Shown piece after piece: positions 19,330 to 28,810 of a stretch of 64,000 bases of DNA (within the stretch, counting starts at the first letter, position 1; each line of letters starts with the position of its first letter). A program made the translations under genes and the position numbers. The notes under the pieces are model-generated. The model was not told the origin of the DNA, searched no databases, and saw nothing but the letters and a program-made list of their open reading frames with translations. The DNA is taken from the IMG/VR virus record IMGVR_UViG_3300027969_000039, positions 124,001 through 188,000 of that record; one strand, given 5' to 3'.

Positions 19330-20859
19330 TTACCGTTTGCGTTTTTCTCTTGTACCTACTTCTTTGGGTTTTGATACTGGGTTGACGATATTTTTAGATG
19401 CAGTTGCTAATTGATCAATGCCTGCACTTTTTTCTCGTTTGGCTCTAGGTGTAGTTGTTGTCTGTTCATCATCTTTTGGCGCACCAGAACCTTTGTCAAT
19501 TTTAAATGTGTAATTACCTTTTATACCAGTACTATAATATGTTTTACCTGCTGATAGATAAACGCCTTTGATGCTTGTACCTGGATAAATTGTATTGAAT
19601 TCTTGCAGTGTCCATTTACCTTTGCCTTCACTTGCTTTGGTATACATCTGTACTAATGCACCATTGTTTAATATATCAGCAGCAGCTTTACTAAAATTTG
19701 TTTTTTCATTTACTTCTTGTGCTGCTTTATGCGCTACTGCTGCCATCAAGTGATAATACAAATTAACATTATCTGGGTCATCTGTGTTACGTTCTTCTGC
19801 TAACTTTGTTAAATTATCACTAAGTCCAAGTTGTCCAAGATTATCTAAACTAACAGGACCTATTTTCTTAAATGCTCTGATCATTTCAACATCGTCTGGA
19901 CTAATGATACCATAACGTACACCCAGCATCAATGGAGAACCTGCTTGTCCTGCATCTTGTATCTCACGTAATATATCAACTACTTCTTTATGTTTGTTTA
20001 AGAATTTTCCACCATCCGGGGTTTCTGCTATCTTATCAATCTGATCAATCAAATTACTTGCGCTAGCTGTAGCACCTTTGCCACCTTTTGTACTAACTAA
20101 TACGCTACCACCTTGACTATTAGTTATAACGCTATCACTAAGTCCTGCTGTTTTACTATCATCAAAACTAATCAATGTCTTTTGAAATGTTCCACCTAAA
20201 AACTTATTTGCAGCTTCACCGGCATTACCGGTGTATTGACCTTTTTGCAATGCTATTGGTTGTAGTATCTCACAGAAGTAATCACGAAAAGCCGAAAAGC
20301 TAACTCCCTCAGGTGCTTCAAATGATATTGGTAATGGTTGTCCTATTGCGATATTATGTGCTAGTGCATACAATGGACTATCTGTTCCTAAACTGCTAGC
20401 AAGTTGATTCATTATCTTTGAGATAGTTAAATCAAGTTTGTCAGTTAATAAATCTTGTGGACTTAAGCCAGCATCTGCTTTTGCTGCTGCTTTACCGCCA
20501 AACTTATATGTTGAACCATCTACTGTGAATGTGTTTGATACTTTGTTATCAGTAAGTGAGGGCTTAACTTCTTGTAGATATTGTCCAATAACAAAAGTAC
20601 CAAATGAGATTATTGCAAACCCACCTGTACGTCCAGAACGACTATTTTGCCATTGAATATCTGGAACTTGTTGTTCAATTTGAATTAATGCTTGATCTAA
20701 TTCTTCGGGTGTAAATTTGCCACCACCTTCCGGGAAGAATTTAATATCGTTAAATATTGCTTCATCACCGTTTTCATTTTTGAAAACGTCGCCTGGTTTG
20801 CGACCTGCTAATCCTGTACTTTCGTTCAGTTGGTCTAATAATGTTATAAATTCACGCAT
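19330..20859 (-). CDS. 509-aa late protein, possible PD-(D/E)xK-like nuclease fold
   Basis: MREFITLLDQLNE N-terminus, late TAAATA motif; YFCEIL...LSDS...VSTK pattern. Confidence 0.5.
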   Translation of the reverse strand: MREFITLLDQLNESTGLAGRKPGDVFKNENGDEAIFNDIKFFPEGGGKFTPEELDQALIQIEQQVPDIQWQNSRSGRTGGFAIISFGTFVIGQYLQEVKPSLTDNKVSNTFTVDGSTYKFGGKAAAKADAGLSPQDLLTDKLDLTISKIMNQLASSLGTDSPLYALAHNIAIGQPLPISFEAPEGVSFSAFRDYFCEILQPIALQKGQYTGNAGEAANKFLGGTFQKTLISFDDSKTAGLSDSVITNSQGGSVLVSTKGGKGATASASNLIDQIDKIAETPDGGKFLNKHKEVVDILREIQDAGQAGSPLMLGVRYGIISPDDVEMIRAFKKIGPVSLDNLGQLGLSDNLTKLAEERNTDDPDNVNLYYHLMAAVAHKAAQEVNEKTNFSKAAADILNNGALVQMYTKASEGKGKWTLQEFNTIYPGTSIKGVYLSAGKTYYSTGIKGNYTFKIDKGSGAPKDDEQTTTTPRAKREKSAGIDQLATASKNIVNPVSKPKEVGTREKRKR

Positions 20860-20930
20860 AGTTTAGTATTTATCTATAGGAAAAATTATAAATTTATTGC
20901 CCGATAGTAAATACAATGAAGGAGAAAATT

Positions 20931-21248
20931 ATGTTAAAATTTCTAAAAAGTCTGTTTGGTATGGGACCATATAGCGAGAGTCGCCCGATTGATGCAGTTG
21001 CACCTGGTGCAGCACCTTATAAGGTACCAGAACCCGCTGCAACTACGCCGATTCCGTATGTTCCCGAATCACCACTTGTGAAGTTAGGTCCTGAGCCTAC
21101 CGCAGTGCCGGTCGTTGAAACTACACCTAAGCCAAAAGCAGTAGCTAAACCGAAAGCAACAAAGCCAGCTGTAAAGCCAGCAGCTAAAGCACCAGCTAAG
21201 CCAAAAGCACCAGCAACAAAAAAGCCTAAGATTAGCATTGCTAAGTAA
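20931..21248 (+). CDS. Pro/Ala/Lys-rich protein
   Basis: AAGGAG RBS; histone H1-like KPAAK tail. Confidence 0.65.
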   Translation: MLKFLKSLFGMGPYSESRPIDAVAPGAAPYKVPEPAATTPIPYVPESPLVKLGPEPTAVPVVETTPKPKAVAKPKATKPAVKPAAKAPAKPKAPATKKPKISIAK

Positions 21249-21953
21249 ATGAATACGATAGGGTTTGACTTAATAAGTGACTTGAATCTAATCCCTGAGG
21301 ATAGTTTCAATTGGGAAGGTAAAGCAACTAGTTTATACTGTATAATAGCAGGAAACATTAGTCAAGATTTACGCACTATTAAGCAAACCTTATCTCATTT
21401 ATCTAAATTCTATCAAGGTGTATTCTATACGTTAGGTTCACTAGAATATCATAACACTGATGTTGTAGCTAAACGCACAGACGAAATACACAAAGCCTGC
21501 AAAAGTATACGCAATTTAGCAATCATGCATCATCATGTAGTAGTGATTGATGGCATTGCTATCATAGGTGCTAATGGTTGGTATGGAAACACAGTAGAAA
21601 CTGATGATGTTGTAGTCAATGCTATAGTTGAAGTACATCGCAATGAAGATTTGATCTATCTAAAGAGTACCATTGAACGCTTACAAAAACATTTAGATGT
21701 TAAAAAAATTGTAGTAGTCTCTAACTCTGCGCCCAATGAAGAATTGTATTTTGGGGAACATCCAAAGCATTTAGAAAATCAATTACACATGAGTATGAGT
21801 TTAATATCCGATACTGAAAACAAAGTATCGCACTGGTTATACGGCACATATGGAAAAGTAGTTGACACCAATATCAATGGCATCAACTACATAAACAACG
21901 GGTGTTTTAAAAGAAACCCTTATTGGGCTAAAAGAATAGAAATTACTCTTTAA
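21249..21953 (+). CDS. Degenerate metallophosphoesterase-fold protein
   Basis: Motif positions kept but ligands altered (SDLN, AGNI, GSLE, YGT). Confidence 0.65.
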   Translation: MNTIGFDLISDLNLIPEDSFNWEGKATSLYCIIAGNISQDLRTIKQTLSHLSKFYQGVFYTLGSLEYHNTDVVAKRTDEIHKACKSIRNLAIMHHHVVVIDGIAIIGANGWYGNTVETDDVVVNAIVEVHRNEDLIYLKSTIERLQKHLDVKKIVVVSNSAPNEELYFGEHPKHLENQLHMSMSLISDTENKVSHWLYGTYGKVVDTNINGINYINNGCFKRNPYWAKRIEITL

Positions 21954-22255
21954 GCCTCTGCTTCAACTTTAATTTGAAGTGGATAACCTTGACTACGTGC
22001 TTCTAACGTAACCTCAATACCTTTTTGTTCTGCAATTTCATAAGGCAGTACAGCAACTACAGCACTACCTTCTTCATGGATATTGTGTGTAATTGTACTA
22101 GCAGTATCTTGATTATAATTAAAGTAATCAATTAAACTACCTACGACAAACTCTATACTAGTTACATTATCATTGATGTAAATGATTTTGTACAATGGAG
22201 GCTCAGCCAATGCTAGATTAGGTTTGATTTTGATTTTTGTTTCCGTTTTAGACAT
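21950..22255 (-). CDS. clpS: ClpS N-degron adaptor
   Basis: PPLYKIIYINDNVT..EFVV..L...F...IH.EG.AVV....EIAE.K...YPL. Confidence 0.9.
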   Translation of the reverse strand: MSKTETKIKIKPNLALAEPPLYKIIYINDNVTSIEFVVGSLIDYFNYNQDTASTITHNIHEEGSAVVAVLPYEIAEQKGIEVTLEARSQGYPLQIKVEAEA

Positions 22256-22280
22256 AGTTAGTTTATATGTGTTAGTTATA

Positions 22281-22311
22281 AAAAGTGTGTAGTCACCATA
22301 ACTACACACTT
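22281..22311 (-). terminator. Intrinsic terminator after hsp20
   Basis: aagtgtgtagt/actacacactt stem with U-tract on the minus strand. Confidence 0.65.
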
Positions 22312-22322
22312 ATGCTATTATA

Positions 22323-22787
22323 CTATTTAGTATAGGTAATAGCAATAGACTTGGGCTTTTTCTCTTCAGGAATTTCACGTTTTAAGTGAACATTAAGAAT
22401 ACCCAATTCTAAATGAGCATTAGAAATTTCTACATAATCAGCAAGTTGAAATTCACGACGGAAGTTTCGTTCGCTGATTCCTTTGTGTAGATAATTAACC
22501 TCATTTGTCTCAACTGTATCCGCAGCATGATTACCTTCAATTATTAAGAAATTTTTGTCTTTTGTAACTGACAGGTTATCGTGACCAAATCCCGCAACAG
22601 CAATACTAATCATATACTCGTCCTCATTTATTTGGATTACATTATACGGGGGATAGTGTGAATTGGAATTTAGATGTTGAGAATGCATTCTGTTCAACTC
22701 GTCAAACATAGTATCAAAACCGATACCAAATTTGTGTAGTTGTGGAATGTCAATGGTGCGAAGGTGTAAAGTTTTTGTGTTTGTCAT
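22323..22787 (-). CDS. Small heat-shock protein (Hsp20, IbpA-like)
   Basis: IGFD, YPPYN, AVAGF, YLHKGIS.R.F.R.F.LAD, GIL...L.REIPEEKKP..IAI. Confidence 0.95.
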   Translation of the reverse strand: MTNTKTLHLRTIDIPQLHKFGIGFDTMFDELNRMHSQHLNSNSHYPPYNVIQINEDEYMISIAVAGFGHDNLSVTKDKNFLIIEGNHAADTVETNEVNYLHKGISERNFRREFQLADYVEISNAHLELGILNVHLKREIPEEKKPKSIAITYTK

Positions 22788-22846
22788 TTGTTTTCTCCTT
22801 TATAAGCAAGATGACTATTAAGTAGACCCGATTATCGGCATCTACA
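22783..22846 (-). promoter_or_regulatory. ROSE-like RNA thermometer in the hsp20 5' UTR
   Basis: UCUU-G-CUU AUA AAG-GAGA hairpin hides the SD with a bulged G (U(U/C)GCU motif); a second hairpin lies upstream. Confidence 0.7.
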
Positions 22847-22894
22847 ATGAGTATTTATTATACTAAAAATACGCAAAAAATTCTACTATTTAGG

Positions 22895-23116
22895 TCAAAA
22901 TAGTTTTTTGGGAAGACTTTGGTCACGTAAGTATTTTTGCCATCTGCGTTTGGCTAGACCTTTATCTACTTTACGCTGTATACTAGGCTTGACATATTGT
23001 TCCCGATCACGCAATTCCTGCAATAGGTTTTGGTCTGTAATCTTCTTTTTAAACTTCCGTAATGCTTTTTCAACATTTCCATCTGTTACAATAACTCGTC
23101 TTCCTTTAATACTCAT
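22895..23116 (-). CDS. rpsU: Ribosomal protein bS21
   Basis: [11 protein letters not shown]...ELR.RE.YVKPS..RK; LPKKLF C-terminus resembles betaproteobacterial S21. Confidence 0.92.
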   Translation of the reverse strand: MSIKGRRVIVTDGNVEKALRKFKKKITDQNLLQELRDREQYVKPSIQRKVDKGLAKRRWQKYLRDQSLPKKLF

Positions 23117-24321
23117 AAAATTGATTTTGGTTCTAAAACTTGCTCCCTTGTTATATTTATCTCAGTTACGTTATTTTCTCTGTACTTTTTGGTGTTGAAC
23201 ATATGCGGCATGAGTACTTTTTCAATTTCCGTGTGTAATCCACGTGCCCCAGTCTTTAATTTCAAGCAATTTTCAACAATTTGTTCTAGTGCCCCGGCAT
23301 CAAATTCTAATTTGATATTGTCAATACTCAATAGATACTTGTACTGGTCAATATAGTTGTTTTTTACTTCCGTAAGTACACGCAGCAATTCTTGCTTATT
23401 TAATTCCCCGATGCTAACCGTAGTAGTAAAACGGCCGATAAATTCAGGAATCATCCCGTACTTAGTTAAGTCATCCGGAGAAACTTGTCCTAAATCACCT
23501 TCTTTTTTGTGGTCTTTGATCTCTGCACCAAATCCAATACTAGTTCCGTTCATGCGGTTATTGATTATATCTTTCAATCCAACAAAGGCTCCGCCTGATA
23601 TGAATAATATATTTTTCGTATCAATCTCCAGCATTTCTCCACCAGGATGCTTTCTGCCACCTGCTGCTGGAATACGACAAACTGTACCTTCAACCAACTT
23701 AAGCAATGCTTGTTGCACACCTTCACCTGATACATCGCGTGTAATGTTTACGCTTTCTCCTTTACGTGCAATCTTGTCAATTTCATCAACGAACACAATG
23801 CCACGCTCTGCTAGTCTAGGATCACCTCCAGCAGCATTCACCAACATGCTAATCATTGATTCAACATCATCACCAACATATCCTGCCTCAGTTAAACTTG
23901 TAGCATCAGCAACGACAAAGGGCACTTTGAGATATTTGGCTACAGTCTTAGCAAGCAAGGTTTTACCTGAACCAGTTGGTCCAATCAACAATACATTACC
24001 TTTTTGAATGTCTAAATCTTTAGGAGGATGTGTGATGCGCTTATAGTGATTAGCGATAGCCACACTCAGTACCTCCTTGGCACTATCTTGACCAATAACA
24101 TGCTGGTCTAGATAATCTTTAATTGAAGAAGGATCGTTGTATGGTTCTTCTTCTTTGGGTTTAGGAGTTTCTGCTACTAGATTTTCATCTTCAATAAGTT
24201 GGGTACATAGTTCAATACATTCACTACATATAGCAACATCATCTCCAACGATTAGTTTTTTAACTTTATCTTTATGTGTATTACAAAAAGAACAATATGT
24301 CAATTTTGATTCAGTGGTCAT
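23113..24321 (-). CDS. clpX: ATP-dependent Clp protease ATP-binding subunit
   Basis: C4 zinc domain, [12 protein letters not shown] pore loop, DEIDK, RKH loop, IGF loop, GARGL. Confidence 0.97.
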   Translation of the reverse strand: MTTESKLTYCSFCNTHKDKVKKLIVGDDVAICSECIELCTQLIEDENLVAETPKPKEEEPYNDPSSIKDYLDQHVIGQDSAKEVLSVAIANHYKRITHPPKDLDIQKGNVLLIGPTGSGKTLLAKTVAKYLKVPFVVADATSLTEAGYVGDDVESMISMLVNAAGGDPRLAERGIVFVDEIDKIARKGESVNITRDVSGEGVQQALLKLVEGTVCRIPAAGGRKHPGGEMLEIDTKNILFISGGAFVGLKDIINNRMNGTSIGFGAEIKDHKKEGDLGQVSPDDLTKYGMIPEFIGRFTTTVSIGELNKQELLRVLTEVKNNYIDQYKYLLSIDNIKLEFDAGALEQIVENCLKLKTGARGLHTEIEKVLMPHMFNTKKYRENNVTEINITREQVLEPKSIL

Positions 24322-24360
24322 ATATTAATTTATCTTTTTGTCACGGTATTCATATTTTAC

Positions 24361-25347
24361 TTAAGTGCAACCACTAACACTTACAACAGACAATTCAATC
24401 TTACTTGTTTGTTGTAGTACTGGATTGTATCCAGGTGAAATTTTTAGTTGTAGGAACCCAGACTCTATTCCATTACCAAATATAAAAATACCACGACGGT
24501 CATTCATATTATAGAATACTGGCTTTCTGTTTGCAATAGCATCCGGAGTATAGCATGTTTTATATAATGATTTACCATTACCATCAAGCATATCTAATGC
24601 AATTCGTACTTCTTTTCTACCAGAGATTTCAGTTTTAACATTTTGTAAGGTAGGCATGTCATTAAACTTAAACCAATTTCTATCACCTTGCGTATTATTC
24701 TTATCAGTAATGATAATGTTTGCGGGAGCCATTGCACCTGTTTTATAAGTGTTGTCCTCTAACAATCCCATAGCCTCACGCATTGCAATAATAAAATCAT
24801 TGTTCCATTGAATACTATACGGAATCTTTAAGATAGTATTACGATAGCTATCCACAGATAATACATAAGGCTGTTGATTGATTACAAAAGCATTCTTTGG
24901 ATAACTACCCATTACAGTTTGTAGTAGTTGATCACCTTTTTGCTTTTGATTCAAAAATGAATTAAGAGTAGTAGCTACCTTCTCACCATCAAAGGACTTT
25001 TTATCTTTACCCTGTGATAGTTTTTGATTCATCAACTTACTATCAGCAACTAGTACATCTACTGTAACTTCTACATTAGAGTTTTTTGGTACAATTGAGA
25101 TTATTTTAAAATCATCAACATATCCAGCACTATAGACAGAAACATTGTCCTTTAATGTATTCTCAAAACTTGATTCACGCTCACTAAGAACAATTGTACC
25201 TACTCGTATTTGAATGGCTTCACGAAAAGCAAGTTCTTTTGCTTGTTCAAGTGTGGGTGCTGTGCTAACTACACGAATGTATTTGTTTTCAGCAACTGCA
25301 CTACCAACAAACAATAAACATGCCACTAAACTTAGTAGCTTGTTCAT
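24361..25347 (-). CDS. Secreted/periplasmic hypothetical protein
   Basis: Signal peptide; LPP20/FlgT-N-like N-terminal pattern (weak). Confidence 0.6.
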   Translation of the reverse strand: MNKLLSLVACLLFVGSAVAENKYIRVVSTAPTLEQAKELAFREAIQIRVGTIVLSERESSFENTLKDNVSVYSAGYVDDFKIISIVPKNSNVEVTVDVLVADSKLMNQKLSQGKDKKSFDGEKVATTLNSFLNQKQKGDQLLQTVMGSYPKNAFVINQQPYVLSVDSYRNTILKIPYSIQWNNDFIIAMREAMGLLEDNTYKTGAMAPANIIITDKNNTQGDRNWFKFNDMPTLQNVKTEISGRKEVRIALDMLDGNGKSLYKTCYTPDAIANRKPVFYNMNDRRGIFIFGNGIESGFLQLKISPGYNPVLQQTSKIELSVVSVSGCT

Positions 25348-25349
25348 GT

Positions 25350-26030
25350 TTATTTTCCGTCGAATTTTTTACGCAACATAGTTGCGGCAACATCGCTTTC
25401 AGTATCCCAGCGCAAAGTAACTGCTACTTCTTGTGGGCCAATCTTTTCTTGCTTGACCACACGGAAACCACGCAAGATACCTTGTGCATTTACTGCAATG
25501 TTATCAGTAAGATTGTGTGCAGTGTCGTTGTAGTTGTTACGTTCCATGAAGTTGGTAGACTTATCGGCTGCATCTTCTTGCTTAGCCTTCAACACTTCTT
25601 CATCACTCAGTGCTACAGTATCGCCGCTAGGAGCACGTTGTTTCATCTTGTCCATTGCTTGCTCAATGTTCTTAGCAATAGTACGATTTACACGGCTGCT
25701 GCTAACATCTTCATTGATGAAGTGCCGAACATTAGCACGGGCTTTGTCGCCTGCACGAATCAATGCTACACGGACATTGTTCTCAGTATTACCATTGGTA
25801 GCAGCAGTACCTACAGCCTCGATAGCCGTAATGTCACAATTTTTCTTGCTAGTGAACCAGCTGCATTCAGATTCAATTGTAATTGCCTCTGCTTTAAAAC
25901 TAGTAGCCAATTTCTGAGAACGAATCGGCTCAATTTTATTATCAGCGGCCTCATCTTTTTTACCAGATGATGCACATCCGACAAGGGCCACAGCAAATGC
26001 TAACGCAGTAAGTTTAAGTTTCATTTTCAT
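25350..26030 (-). CDS. Lipoprotein (LPP20-like)
   Basis: LVGC lipobox; GILRGFRVV...V.VTLRW. Confidence 0.65.
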   Translation of the reverse strand: MKMKLKLTALAFAVALVGCASSGKKDEAADNKIEPIRSQKLATSFKAEAITIESECSWFTSKKNCDITAIEAVGTAATNGNTENNVRVALIRAGDKARANVRHFINEDVSSSRVNRTIAKNIEQAMDKMKQRAPSGDTVALSDEEVLKAKQEDAADKSTNFMERNNYNDTAHNLTDNIAVNAQGILRGFRVVKQEKIGPQEVAVTLRWDTESDVAATMLRKKFDGK

Positions 26031-26085
26031 TGGATTTCTCCAGTAGTTAAAGATATATGTATTGTATACTAGAATGGATTAAAGT

Positions 26086-27609
26086 TCAAGAGTTTTTGGT
26101 CAAATAATCTTCAATTTGTTGTTTCTCTATTTCGGACAACAATTCAATGTCATATTCACCTTCTTCAATCTTTTGAACCAAATACTTAATGTATTCTTGG
26201 TCGTGTAGATAGGTATTGGATTGGTCCTTGTTGACCATAATCCATCTTGCGCCGTCAAATTTGTAAACCTTATTTGGTAAGGAATCTACCCGAACAAAGG
26301 TGTCACCTTTGCCAGCTATAGTTGGAAACGATGTTCCAAAATTTGTTTTAGTTTGTTTACCCGAATCTGCAACTAATTTTAATATATCTGGGCGCATGCC
26401 AGTCAATACATCTTTGTGCATATGCTTGTTGTCAAACATTACATAACCACCATCTAATTCTTGGTATGGAATAGTATTAGATTCTATCACTTCTGGCAAT
26501 TCAACTATCTTGATAGGTTCTTCAATTACAACCGGCTCTATATCTTGCAGATAAGGACTATCAAAAACATCACACTCTTTATTTGGGCAGAATGGACCGA
26601 TGCCAGGAGCATCAACTAATGGGGTGCCACACTTATAGCAAGGCTCTAATATAGGGTCACTTGGTTCACTCTTGTAGACTTGGATAGGTACGGGTTCTAT
26701 TCCAGGTGGTGTTTGACTACCAGCCGGTGTAAACAAGTATGGATGGTCATTGATATCAAATTCTTCTATAGGTTCTTCTTCTATAGGTTCTTCTATAGGT
26801 TCTTCTATGACTTCTTCTATGACTTCTTCTATGGGTTCTTCATCGTCCCAGTCTTTACTCTGATTAGCAGCTAATACTAACATCAACGCTAATGGATCAA
26901 ACACGATAACAAGCAAGATGATGACCCAGCGTACTGCTTTTTCTAAGATGTTTTGATCAGGGTTATCTCCATATATCAGTGCAGCGATATACTTGATAGG
27001 ACCTACTTCAGCCTCTACTTTACGCAATTGACTAGCAATAGGTGCCCGTTCTTCATTGAATGTTTTAATTGCAGACTGTGACGCAGCGATATCACGCTGT
27101 AATGCTACTCTTTCCTTTGCTTGATTACGGCGAATCTGTACTGCTTTCTCAGCACCTTTATCCGTATCAGTACGACTCAACATCTGGTCTACTTGAGCAT
27201 CCATCTGTTGTAATGCTTTTTTACTTGTCTCTATGTTATCACGTTCGGTCTTTATTTTCTCATCAAGCAATGATACTTGGGCACCGATATCACCTGTGCC
27301 GATACCTTGATCAATGTGTGCTTTGCTTAAGAAACCAAAGATACCCATGCTTGTAATCAATGCAATAGCCATTACAGCAGGCACTAAGTATAGTTTGAGT
27401 AGTAATCCAGCACGATGCCAATACTTACGCAACCAAACAGTTGTGGTAATCTTAGCGAGTTCAAGTACTGAACCCATGATGATAACTGGAACTACTGCTC
27501 CAGCAAAGATAGTAGTCAACCCGATAATACTATACCATGCGGCGATAGTACTAACTGTTAATGCTACTAATAAGGTGAAATTGGAAAAACTGAAAATTCT
27601 TTTGAGCAT
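26086..27609 (-). CDS. Multi-TM coiled-coil phage membrane protein
   Basis: Three N-terminal TMs, coiled coil, EVGPIKYIA, TM ending VFDPLA, acidic tail with Cys cluster. Confidence 0.75.
   Translation of the reverse strand: MLKRIFSFSNFTLLVALTVSTIAAWYSIIGLTTIFAGAVVPVIIMGSVLELAKITTTVWLRKYWHRAGLLLKLYLVPAVMAIALITSMGIFGFLSKAHIDQGIGTGDIGAQVSLLDEKIKTERDNIETSKKALQQMDAQVDQMLSRTDTDKGAEKAVQIRRNQAKERVALQRDIAASQSAIKTFNEERAPIASQLRKVEAEVGPIKYIAALIYGDNPDQNILEKAVRWVIILLVIVFDPLALMLVLAANQSKDWDDEEPIEEVIEEVIEEPIEEPIEEEPIEEFDINDHPYLFTPAGSQTPPGIEPVPIQVYKSEPSDPILEPCYKCGTPLVDAPGIGPFCPNKECDVFDSPYLQDIEPVVIEEPIKIVELPEVIESNTIPYQELDGGYVMFDNKHMHKDVLTGMRPDILKLVADSGKQTKTNFGTSFPTIAGKGDTFVRVDSLPNKVYKFDGARWIMVNKDQSNTYLHDQEYIKYLVQKIEEGEYDIELLSEIEKQQIEDYLTKNS
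26761..26841. repeat. In-frame approx. 12-nt tandem repeat encoding (E)EPIE/EVIE
   Basis: ttcttctat(a/g)(gg/ac) units repeated about 6 times. Confidence 0.85.
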
Positions 27610-27643
27610 TGTTTATTTAGTCTGAAACAGACTACCTAAATAG

Positions 27644-27841
27644 TCATTCAAATAGCTGACCGTAGATATCAATGAATTGTTCTAAATTTAATACTAACTT
27701 TTGTGGAATGCCTGGACCTTGATAAGCCAAGTAAGTAACACTAGCACCACCGCGGTGTTCATCTTGTTCTCTTACTTGTATTATCTCCATGCGATTGCCA
27801 TCCTCAAAGGTATATGATCTACCTACTAATGGATGTGTCAT
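27644..27841 (-). CDS. Hypothetical protein
   Basis: Operon context. Confidence 0.6.
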   Translation of the reverse strand: MTHPLVGRSYTFEDGNRMEIIQVREQDEHRGGASVTYLAYQGPGIPQKLVLNLEQFIDIYGQLFE

Positions 27842-28065
27842 ATTATATGACCAGTAACTTGATAGATTAGTTGATCCAATTCTGTTTGATAATCGTGATT
27901 ACCTTGTCTACGCTTCAACCAGATTTTTTCTAACAATTCTTTACCTTGAAAATCTTCTTCCATTGGCAACGAACTGCGACTGGCTAATTCGTCAAGTAAA
28001 TCTTCGGTTTCAAAGTCACTCAAATCAACATCAACTTCTACTTCGGTATAAACTGTTTTGTACAT
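27838..28065 (-). CDS. Hypothetical protein
   Basis: VEVDVDLSDF.TEDLLDEL phage pattern. Confidence 0.65.
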   Translation of the reverse strand: MYKTVYTEVEVDVDLSDFETEDLLDELASRSSLPMEEDFQGKELLEKIWLKRRQGNHDYQTELDQLIYQVTGHII

Positions 28066-28067
28066 GA

Positions 28068-28601
28068 TTATGCCTCAGTTGATTCTTCATCTTCTGCACT
28101 AGTCCATGGCCATCGCGCTTTAGTTTCAGCATCTTTCTTTTCTTGTTCGACTCCAACTTCGGTCAATTCAGTAGCACTATCACACATTGGACAAATCTTA
28201 ATGGCTTCATCTAACTCAACACCATTATCATCTTCCCATTTCCATTCTGCATCAAATTTTGAACCAGTCCATTTGCATTTAGTACATTTGTGGGTGATAG
28301 GTGATACATAATCTTCATGCACTTCCCATTCTTCTAAACTATAGGTAACTTCATATCCGCCCTTGCGGTCAGTCCACCAATCATCTTCATTGAGATAATC
28401 CCAATCAATATCTACATCATTGTCATAGGCATCACCTAGAATAGTATCAATATCTTCTTCACCTGATTCTAGTTCAGCAAGTTTTGCCTCAATCTCATCT
28501 TCATCCAATTCAGGATAAATCTCACTCAATAGATCGGTGTCTATCTCTAGACCATATCGTTTCTCTACTTGATGCCATTCGCTCTTAACAACTGATACCA
28601 T
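28068..28601 (-). CDS. Acidic protein with C-terminal zinc ribbon
   Basis: CTKC...CPMC; GGAG RBS. Confidence 0.7.
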   Translation of the reverse strand: MVSVVKSEWHQVEKRYGLEIDTDLLSEIYPELDEDEIEAKLAELESGEEDIDTILGDAYDNDVDIDWDYLNEDDWWTDRKGGYEVTYSLEEWEVHEDYVSPITHKCTKCKWTGSKFDAEWKWEDDNGVELDEAIKICPMCDSATELTEVGVEQEKKDAETKARWPWTSAEDEESTEA

Positions 28602-28604
28602 GAT

Positions 28605-28781
28605 TTACTCCACAGAACGTAAAATTTTCTCACTATAAACATGCAACACGCCGCGGTCATCTTCAACGACCAAACGAATTGCGCCACTTAGTTTAGCAAA
28701 GACTGCTACAACATGACCTACAAAGGTATAGTCACCGCCGACCTTTTCTACCTTATCACCTACTTTAAATTGTGCTTCCAT
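28605..28781 (-). CDS. 58-aa SH3-like protein resembling type II DHFR (R67/DfrB) fold, not in ORF track
   Basis: MEAQFKVGDKVEKVGGDYTFVGHVVAVF...VVEDDRGVLHVYSEKIL; AGGAG RBS. Confidence 0.6.
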   Translation of the reverse strand: MEAQFKVGDKVEKVGGDYTFVGHVVAVFAKLSGAIRLVVEDDRGVLHVYSEKILRSVE

Positions 28782-28810
28782 ATCTTAACTCCTGGTTAAG
28801 ATATATTATA

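Noticed and set aside
18685-24321. Bacterial chromosome origin for the clp, rpsU and pstS genes
   Set aside because: Gene order is non-bacterial (no tig, lon or pstCAB), and the genes are interleaved with phage hypotheticals, phage-type promoters, a T4-like ligase and tail genes
23357-25970. Long plus-strand ORFs (216 aa) opposite clpX and the lipoprotein
   Set aside because: Antisense shadows of well-supported minus-strand genes
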